A stretch of DNA of 64,000 nt. Source: a virus. This document shows, one piece after another, positions 57,110 to 64,000 of the stretch. The position numbers were made by a program, and so were the translations under genes. The stretch spans positions 1 through 64,000 of IMG/VR virus record IMGVR_UViG_3300017987_000073. One strand, written 5' to 3'. Each line of letters begins with the position of its first letter. The first letter of the stretch is position 1. The notes under the pieces were generated by a model. That model saw nothing but the letters and a program-made list of their open reading frames with translations. It ran no database searches and was not told the origin of the DNA.

Positions 57110-60100
57110 TCAGGGGTGCTGCAAGTTGTGGGAGTTCCCGAACCTACCGACCACCGCCTCCTTGTCCCAGAACTCCCAGTAATCCAGGACCACGTTCTTA
57201 GCCGCCGCGGCCTGCGTCTGGAGCCAGATCGACGGCGCCACCATCGCGGGGTCCCCCGCGAGCGAGGCGTGGAAACCCGACTCGCCCCCGTAGGAGTTGG
57301 CGACGTGGTTCTTCTTCTCGATCGTCCAAAACGCCATCGTCCCGGTGATCTCGATCTCGAACCACTGGTACTCATCGACCGACAGTCCGCAGATCGGGTC
57401 GGTGACGTACCAACTCGAGGGAGGCTCGAGCCACCCGCCGCGCCACGTTCCGATCGGGTCGCCGGCGTAGTTGAGGACGAAGTACCACCTCCGGTTGCTC
57501 CCGCCGCTGTTCTGGTAGAAGCCGTGGACGAGTTGCATGTCGGTGAACGAGGAGACCTTGACCCTCGAGCGGTACATCCACCGGAAGTCGTGGTCGCTGT
57601 CCACGTTGCAGGGGAGGAGATCCAGCCCCATTTCCGCGACGTCCGAGATCGAGGTCCCCGTGATCAGCTCGACGCACCCGTGCCCGAACCCAGCTCCGTC
57701 CGTGACGTCCCGAACGTAGGCGCTCCCACCCCCCACGAAGTTGGTGTAGTAGGGTCCGAGGGAGGTGAAGGGACTCCCCGTCCGCGGGTAGGTCAGGAAG
57801 TCGTCCCGGAAGTGGGGACCTCGATCCACCGCGCCGTTGGTCTGGACCGCGAACGTCGGCCAGGTGTGCTGCGTCGGGATCAACTCCGGGAAGCCGTAAT
57901 CCACGACCAGGGCGAACGCCGTGTCCCGGTCGGAGAGCAGCCCGCCGGCGTTGTAGATCCGGAGCCCGTCGCGCGAGTAGTAGTCCTCCTCACCGGTCGC
58001 CCCGGTCGCCACCCCGCCGTTGATCAGGACCGACCGCAGGAACTTGATCGGCCAGTCGATCGGGTCGGCTCCGACCTTGCTCGGGTCGATCACGATCATC
58101 TCGCGCGGCTCGTAGTACTGCGACGCCCCCGACTTCGAGTGGTCGTAGACCACGATCTTCCCGGCCTCGGTCAGGATCCGGAGATCCGCGGCGTTCCGCT
58201 GTCCGTCCTGGAGGGTGAGGATCGTCCCCTGCCACCACTCCGCGTTGCCTCCCCCGAACGGCGCCGAGTTGGCCACCGTGAAGCGCGGCATCAGAACGCT
58301 GCACTTGCACGAACCCCCCACGAAAGTCTTCGCGATCCCGTCGAGACGTCGGAGATCGAACGTGTTCGTCGTGAAGGCGTCGATCACGTACAGCCCCTCG
58401 TCCGACTCGTCGTCCGCGTCGAACACCCACACGAGGTGCATCTTCGCGTTCAGACGAAGAGCGAGCGCCTCCAGATCCACCCCCGAGCGGTTCAGGGTGA
58501 GCGTCCAGCTCGACGTCGAGAGGGTGCAGTCCGTCTCCTCGTTCAGGAGGTCCGTCCCGGAGTTGATCGGCTGGACGCACGCGATCGGGATCGCCGAGAC
58601 GTCGCCCATCTCGGCCAGCATCATAAACTGGCCGTAGTCGCTCGACCCGTACTTGCTCAGGGTCAAGAGACTGTTCCTCGGCCCACCGGTCTCCGCCAGG
58701 GAGGTAACCCGGATCGTGCCGTGCTTCGTGATCCTCCCGTGGACCTCGTCGCCGGCGTTGCTCATGAACTCCGCGGCGTCCGAGGAGTTCCGCCCGTAGA
58801 TCCGGAGCGGCGCCGGAGCACCCTCCACGTTCCCGCCGGTGAGCGTCAGGGCCCGGGTAACCGCCTTGTGCTGGTCCGCCGCGATCGACTCCCCGCTGGC
58901 CATCACCGCCCGGAGGATCGAGACGTTCCCCGTCTCGGAGCTCCCCCAGGGCGTGGTCACCGCCGATCCGTCCAGGTTCTCGAGAGTCAGGACCGCCGCC
59001 GCGATCGAGGTGATCTTGTAGAGTCGGTTCATCCCGCTCGTCGCGAAGTCCCACAGGAGGACGAAGTCGGCGTCCTCGTCCACGTTCGCGGTCACCGCGT
59101 CCGCTCCCCCGCGGGTCAGGTTCACCGTACCCGCCGCCCCGGTCGTCCCCGGTTCGTCCTCCTGGAGCACCGTGGAGTGGACGATCGGCGTCAGGTTGCA
59201 GAGCGCGACCCCCGTCTGGCGCTCGTTGATCAGGGTCAGCGAGAGCGGAGCGCCCTCGGTCGCCCCCTTCCGGTCGAGGACCAGGAGGGAATTCATCGAG
59301 TCGCCGGAGTCCGAGCTCTGGATCCGCACCGCCCCGCCGTAGGTCGAGCTCGGGGTGATCGTCCGACCCGAGGTGTAGGCTTCCTGGAGGTCCGGGTTGA
59401 TCCCGTCGGAGACGTCCACCTGGTCGATCACCGAGTACCCACCGGGGACGTTTCCCGCGCCCCCGCCGGTCACGATCCCCACGAACGCGTAGGGCGAGGT
59501 CGACCGAAGGTCCGTCTTCCGCACCGTCACCCCCTGGGCGTGGACCTGGTAGTCCGCGACGTCGGTCGACGCCGCCCCGCTCGCCTGCCCCAGGAGCCCC
59601 GCCGTCTGGACGTAGTTCTTCGACCCGTCCCACTGAACCAGGAGGTTCCGCTCGATCGCGACCGAGTCGTCGATCGTCTTCGCCCGGCGGAGCCAAACCG
59701 TCGCCAGCCGCCCGGCGTGCGTCACCCCGGACTCGAAGACCGAGTCCACCTGGATCGTGAGCTGCCCGCTCGCCTCCGTCACCGCGTCCGGCTCGTCCAC
59801 CTCGCCGATCGCGTCCACCTCCACGTCGTAGAACATCGCCGACGAGATCCGCGGGTTCCGAAGAACCCCGTCCGGGACCAGGCAGTGACGCACCGCCACG
59901 TAGTAGGGGACCCCGAGCGAGTTCTCGAAGTAAATCGCCGTCCCGTCCGCCCCGTCCAGCGTCAAGATGTTCCCGTCGCCGTCGAGCCAGTCCTTCGGGA
60001 GGTTCGAGACCGTGAATCGGTCCGTTCCCCCGGAGACGATCGAGCACGACCCGAAGCAACCCCGTTGACTCCCCCAGACCCGCTGAGAGATCTCCCGGAG

Positions 60101-60196
60101 CCGGAGCTCGAGGTAGTCGAAGAAGGTGTCCTTTATCCGCTGTTGACCGAGGTTCCGCTTGTCCTCGAAGTAGGTTCTCTCTTCACCCGTCGACAT
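57110..60196 (-). CDS. large virion/tail-fibre-like protein (1028 aa)
   Basis: G/T/S/D-rich beta composition, internal duplicated module, follows baseplate-like gene. Confidence 0.7.
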   Translation of the reverse strand: MSTGEERTYFEDKRNLGQQRIKDTFFDYLELRLREISQRVWGSQRGCFGSCSIVSGGTDRFTVSNLPKDWLDGDGNILTLDGADGTAIYFENSLGVPYYVAVRHCLVPDGVLRNPRISSAMFYDVEVDAIGEVDEPDAVTEASGQLTIQVDSVFESGVTHAGRLATVWLRRAKTIDDSVAIERNLLVQWDGSKNYVQTAGLLGQASGAASTDVADYQVHAQGVTVRKTDLRSTSPYAFVGIVTGGGAGNVPGGYSVIDQVDVSDGINPDLQEAYTSGRTITPSSTYGGAVRIQSSDSGDSMNSLLVLDRKGATEGAPLSLTLINERQTGVALCNLTPIVHSTVLQEDEPGTTGAAGTVNLTRGGADAVTANVDEDADFVLLWDFATSGMNRLYKITSIAAAVLTLENLDGSAVTTPWGSSETGNVSILRAVMASGESIAADQHKAVTRALTLTGGNVEGAPAPLRIYGRNSSDAAEFMSNAGDEVHGRITKHGTIRVTSLAETGGPRNSLLTLSKYGSSDYGQFMMLAEMGDVSAIPIACVQPINSGTDLLNEETDCTLSTSSWTLTLNRSGVDLEALALRLNAKMHLVWVFDADDESDEGLYVIDAFTTNTFDLRRLDGIAKTFVGGSCKCSVLMPRFTVANSAPFGGGNAEWWQGTILTLQDGQRNAADLRILTEAGKIVVYDHSKSGASQYYEPREMIVIDPSKVGADPIDWPIKFLRSVLINGGVATGATGEEDYYSRDGLRIYNAGGLLSDRDTAFALVVDYGFPELIPTQHTWPTFAVQTNGAVDRGPHFRDDFLTYPRTGSPFTSLGPYYTNFVGGGSAYVRDVTDGAGFGHGCVELITGTSISDVAEMGLDLLPCNVDSDHDFRWMYRSRVKVSSFTDMQLVHGFYQNSGGSNRRWYFVLNYAGDPIGTWRGGWLEPPSSWYVTDPICGLSVDEYQWFEIEITGTMAFWTIEKKNHVANSYGGESGFHASLAGDPAMVAPSIWLQTQAAAAKNVVLDYWEFWDKEAVVGRFGNSHNLQHP

Positions 60197-60207
60197 TCAG
60201 CCCTCCT

Positions 60208-63156
60208 TTAAGGCCACTCCGCGCACTCGTTGGAATCCGGTGGATCCCCGTCCGGCGGCGGTCCGATCCGAGCGTACTCGTGGGGGCAGACCGAGACGTC
60301 CACCAGTCTGCACGTCGCCTCCTGCCCGGTCAACGACGCGATCGCCAGCTTCCCCTCGTGTCTCTCGTCGTTCGTCGCCTCGAGCACCTTGTCGCCGTCC
60401 AGGAACCCCTTGATCAGGAGCGTCGGACCGGCGACTATCTCGGTCTGTACCATCAGATTGTAGTAGATATCCTCCCGGAAGTTCGCCGGGTAGACCCGCG
60501 AGTCGAGCTCGGTCCGCACGCCCCCGATCACCTTGTCCAGGTAGACCTTCCGGTTCGCCCCCAGCGGGTCGAAACCGATCGCGTGAAAGTTGTCCTCGTC
60601 GAGGTAGTCGAAGCGGAGCTCGCATCGACCGCCCGGCACGTCCGAGAACTTCACCTGGATCCACGCCGTGAGGTTCGTCCAGTTCGCGTCGAGGTTCGCG
60701 TCCGTCTTGAACACGCACCCCGCCGGAAGCGTGATCTCCCCCGCGTCGAAGTCCTCGACCGGAGTCCCGCTCACCGTGAGCCACGCCCCCGACCGCTTGA
60801 ACTTGTCCTGAAAGGCGAGCCACCGGACGAAGATACGCTCGTTCGCCGGCCTCATCACCCGAACCAGGTTCTCGATCAGGTCGCGGTCGACGTCCCCGTC
60901 GTCCACCACCCGCACGTCCGAGCAGAACTCGTCGGGGTCCACCCCGACCCGGAAATCGTTCAGCGTGTCCGTCGAGAGCGGCGCCGGCAGCCCGAACCCG
61001 TCCGTCACGTGGCACCGGTTCGCGCTCCCGTCCCAGAAGGAGTAGACCGTCCGGACCACGTTCTTCGGGACGTACTTCACCCGCACCCGGTGGGGGACCG
61101 CCTCCGTCGTCCCGAGGAGCGTCGAGAGGTCGAAGTCCAGGGTCGGGAGCGGCCCGACGTCGTCCCAGTGCACTCCCCAGGTCTGCACCGCCGAGACGTC
61201 GTTGTAACCGAAGGTGTACCCCGACCAGGCGCTCGCCGCGAACGTCGACGCGTTCACGTTTCCGAACACGTCGATCCCGTTGATCGACGCCTTGACGTAG
61301 GTCCCCGTCCGCTGGATCCTCATCCGGTACGTCTCCCCCGCCACGAACCGGTAGTTGATCGGACCGGCTCGCACCGTTCCTCCGGCGTCCACCAGAGCGA
61401 CCGTCACGTCCGACCACTGGAGGAAGTACTCCCTCACCCCGTCCCCGAGCCCGATCCTCCACGGGCGCCCGTTCAGGGAGACCACGTCGGTCCCCGTCCA
61501 CCTCGCCCCGAACTCCGCCGCCGTCGGGTCCAGCGCGGCGTCCTCCCGCGTGTAGTAACCTCCCTCGTCGTTCCCCACGTGTTGGTCGTGGTAGAGCCGC
61601 CCCGCCGAGAGCGAGAAGTGCGTCCCCTCCGCCCCACCGTTCACCGCGTGGTACGTCCACCCCGGATCGTCCGCCGAGGGTAGGAGGTCCATCTCGAGCA
61701 CCCCGTCGACCTCCAGCGCGTCGGGGTACGTCGAGGGACTCATCCCCGGCTCGTCCAGGAGCCACACGTCCGGGTAGAGCTCGGCGTGACCGATCTCCAT
61801 CTCCTCGATCAGCACCCGGAAGTGGAACCAATTCAACGTCCGGACCTGCTTCGCGCTCATCGACTCGAGCGTCTCGACCAGACCTTTCGACGTCCCCTTG
61901 TACTTCCACATCCGCGCCGCGATCGAGATCAAGCGCCGGAGGTCCGCTTCCGCCAGCCCTCCGGTCAGGTAGTCCAGCTTCGAGGTCAAACCTACGATCC
62001 ACTTCAGGTACTGGAGCGCGTCCGCCGGCGTCTCCGCCGGGTCGTTGATCTTCATCAGGGACTTGATCCGCGCGTAGGTCGCCTCCCACTCCTTCTGAGG
62101 CCCGCGGAGCCACCGCCAGACGAGCAGGTCCCCGTAGTGACGATCCAGGTCCCTCATAGACTGCATCAGGAACCGCCAGATGTCCCACGAGAACTCGGCC
62201 TCCGTCGTGAAGCTCCAGCTCTCCGTCGCGCTCAACCCCATCGCGTCCTCGACGTAGACCTGGACCAGGAACGTCGAGGACCCGTCGACCGGGTCGGTCG
62301 GGACCAGCGAGACGTTGTAACCGTTGATCGCGTTCGGGTCGATGACGCTCCCCGACCACGCCGCGTCCCAGCTCGAGCCGTCGTAGATCTCCTGCCCGTC
62401 CCAGTAGACCTTGATCAACACCACCCCGACGTTGTCCCCCACCGCGAACTCGAAGGGCCCGTCCCGCGGGACGTCCGTCGAGCCCGCCGCCGGGTCCTGG
62501 TCCGTCACGTAGGGCGGCGTCGAGTCGAGCTCCTTCGTCTCGAAGGTGTAGGAGTAGCACTCGAAGAACCGGAGCCCGTCCCAGACCTCCACCCGAACGC
62601 TGATCAGGGAGTCGTCCGGGAGGTCGCTCGGCGGCGTCAGCTCGTAGTCGAAGCCGTACTCGTCGTTCGCCGGCTTCGAGGCGCTCCAGCCGTTCTGAGC
62701 GGCCCCGTTCTCGTAGACCGACAACCACCCCCCGCCGCCCCCGTCGTCCACTGAGACCTTCACCAGGGTGTCCTCGACCCCGATCGACTCCACGTCCGCG
62801 TGGGTCTCCCCCAGGACGTTCACCCCCCGCTTCTCCGTCTCCGGCACGATGTCCCCGAGCGGAATCACCAGCGAGAGCCCCTGCGGATCCACCTCCGTCT
62901 CGCCGGCGTAAGGCGCCAAGCTCGCCGTGATCACGTAGGGGTTGGTCTCCGGAGTCGGAACTCGCTCGATCGAGAAGCTCGTCGCCTCCCCCACGTACTC
63001 CGACCAGATCGGGACCTCCCCCTGCCGCTCCAGGTCCCCGACGAAGAGGTAACTCGCGATCGTCTCCTCGACGTACTCGTCCCCCCACAGGGGGACCTCA
63101 CCCTGGCGATCCAGGGTGGCGACGTCGAAGGTCGAGGTTTTTCCGGTCCAGGTCAT
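60208..63156 (-). CDS. baseplate/tail protein with P2 gpI-like domain, Ig-like and lectin-like domains (982 aa)
   Basis: PAETPADALQYLKWIVG...WKYKGT; DSTPPYV..P Ig-like segment. Confidence 0.75.
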   Translation of the reverse strand: MTWTGKTSTFDVATLDRQGEVPLWGDEYVEETIASYLFVGDLERQGEVPIWSEYVGEATSFSIERVPTPETNPYVITASLAPYAGETEVDPQGLSLVIPLGDIVPETEKRGVNVLGETHADVESIGVEDTLVKVSVDDGGGGGWLSVYENGAAQNGWSASKPANDEYGFDYELTPPSDLPDDSLISVRVEVWDGLRFFECYSYTFETKELDSTPPYVTDQDPAAGSTDVPRDGPFEFAVGDNVGVVLIKVYWDGQEIYDGSSWDAAWSGSVIDPNAINGYNVSLVPTDPVDGSSTFLVQVYVEDAMGLSATESWSFTTEAEFSWDIWRFLMQSMRDLDRHYGDLLVWRWLRGPQKEWEATYARIKSLMKINDPAETPADALQYLKWIVGLTSKLDYLTGGLAEADLRRLISIAARMWKYKGTSKGLVETLESMSAKQVRTLNWFHFRVLIEEMEIGHAELYPDVWLLDEPGMSPSTYPDALEVDGVLEMDLLPSADDPGWTYHAVNGGAEGTHFSLSAGRLYHDQHVGNDEGGYYTREDAALDPTAAEFGARWTGTDVVSLNGRPWRIGLGDGVREYFLQWSDVTVALVDAGGTVRAGPINYRFVAGETYRMRIQRTGTYVKASINGIDVFGNVNASTFAASAWSGYTFGYNDVSAVQTWGVHWDDVGPLPTLDFDLSTLLGTTEAVPHRVRVKYVPKNVVRTVYSFWDGSANRCHVTDGFGLPAPLSTDTLNDFRVGVDPDEFCSDVRVVDDGDVDRDLIENLVRVMRPANERIFVRWLAFQDKFKRSGAWLTVSGTPVEDFDAGEITLPAGCVFKTDANLDANWTNLTAWIQVKFSDVPGGRCELRFDYLDEDNFHAIGFDPLGANRKVYLDKVIGGVRTELDSRVYPANFREDIYYNLMVQTEIVAGPTLLIKGFLDGDKVLEATNDERHEGKLAIASLTGQEATCRLVDVSVCPHEYARIGPPPDGDPPDSNECAEWP

Positions 63157-63165
63157 CTAAGCCTC

Positions 63166-64000
63166 TCAGTGCTGCGGCGTCACCTCGGGCCACTCGAAGG
63201 CGATCCCGTCCCTGAAGTGAATGAAGTCCGACGCCCCCGAGCTCGCCTCGTCGAACGTCGTCCGGTCCCCGATCCCCTCGCGCACCGAGTAAAGTCCGGA
63301 GATCTTCCCGACGATGCTGTACAGGTTGTTCTCGTTCTGCGGGTCCGCGATCACGTAGGTCCCGGCGATCACGTCCTCCTGGGTGAAGCCCGACGCGTTC
63401 GAGCGCCGCGCGTTGCTCTCCCTCGAGCTCCACTGCGTCAGCGTGTCCGAGTACCCCGAGGCGCTCAGGTCCGCCATCCAGAGGTCCACTTGCCCGGCGC
63501 GGTCCCACCACTGGTACCCGTGCCCGACGTTCCGGCCCTCGACGTCGTACCCCCGGTTGAACCGGTCCTCCGTCGCCTCGTAATCCGACCCCTTGCACCC
63601 CATCAGAGCCACCTGCTCCGCCGTCGCGAGCCCGTAGTCCGCCGGGATCAAGTTCGAAACGATCGCCCCCAGGTACTGACCCCCCGTGTCGTTGTGAACC
63701 GCCACCGTGAGGTACTCGCCGGCGTCGTCCCCGAACGCGTAGAGCCAGAGGTCGTTGGAGGCGTCCGCCCCGAACTTCACCGGCCCGATCACCTTCCCCG
63801 ACCCCGGAGTCCAGTCCGCGTTGGTCGAGACCCGGAACTCCAGGTGCTGGTACCCACCCTCCGCGCTCCCGCGGTAGGCGACCTCCACCTCCCATCCGTT
63901 GGCGTGCGGCGTCCGACACCGGAAGAAGTTCCCGTCCATCGACCCCATCGTACCGCCGCTCATCCCGGAGACCCCGAACCGGGAGCTCTCGATCGTCTTG
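63166..64000 (-). CDS. virion protein, may start beyond the window edge
   Basis: open frame in the structural cluster. Confidence 0.65.
   Translation of the reverse strand, partial: KTIESSRFGVSGMSGGTMGSMDGNFFRCRTPHANGWEVEVAYRGSAEGGYQHLEFRVSTNADWTPGSGKVIGPVKFGADASNDLWLYAFGDDAGEYLTVAVHNDTGGQYLGAIVSNLIPADYGLATAEQVALMGCKGSDYEATEDRFNRGYDVEGRNVGHGYQWWDRAGQVDLWMADLSASGYSDTLTQWSSRESNARRSNASGFTQEDVIAGTYVIADPQNENNLYSIVGKISGLYSVREGIGDRTTFDEASSGASDFIHFRDGIAFEWPEVTPQH

Noticed and set aside
56597-60211. 1204-aa plus-strand ORF
   Set aside because: Antisense shadow of the tail gene; R/P/V-rich with no domain signal

Overview
A 64-kb segment of a very GC-rich (about 70% by eye) tailed bacteriophage. It is probably a myovirus (P2 gpI-like baseplate domain) with a Myxococcota-like host. 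Layout: (1) 1-4.1 kb, a divergent early region built from four copies of an AT-rich promoter module; (2) 4.1-7.2 kb, a Zn-finger repeat protein, an SF2 helicase and a hairpin-rich non-coding block; (3) 7.2-15 kb, tightly coupled small accessory genes and a non-canonical tRNA-like RNA; (4) 15-44 kb, nucleotide metabolism, recombination and replication: 5'-3' exonuclease, ThyX, dCMP deaminase, class II RNR, endolysin, RuvC, MTase, SSB, SbcCD, RecA, gp32/UvsY-like proteins and PolB; (5) 44-54 kb, a sigma-like factor, serine recombinase, primase, DnaB, DnaC-like loader, an initiator with an internal iteron origin, and a second SF2 helicase; (6) 54-64 kb, lysis/membrane genes and tail genes. The best candidate for an undescribed system is a putative DNA-base-modification operon at 36.6-43.5 kb. 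It encodes a FAD oxidoreductase, a dNTP pyrophosphatase-HAD fusion, a second active-site-altered ThyX, a dNMP kinase and a UDG-like domain probably fused to a PolB with an altered motif B. Other notable items are the promoter modules with in-frame leaderless ATGs, a recurrent TACACTT motif, candidate decoy elements (anticodon-less tRNA, ComM fragment, capsid-like and protease-like fragments), a stand-alone MshEN protein among the lysis genes, and a sigma-like protein with an inserted C2H2 finger. At least five apparent single-base deletions suggest long-read indel errors. All family assignments are from motif recognition by eye; no database searches were run.
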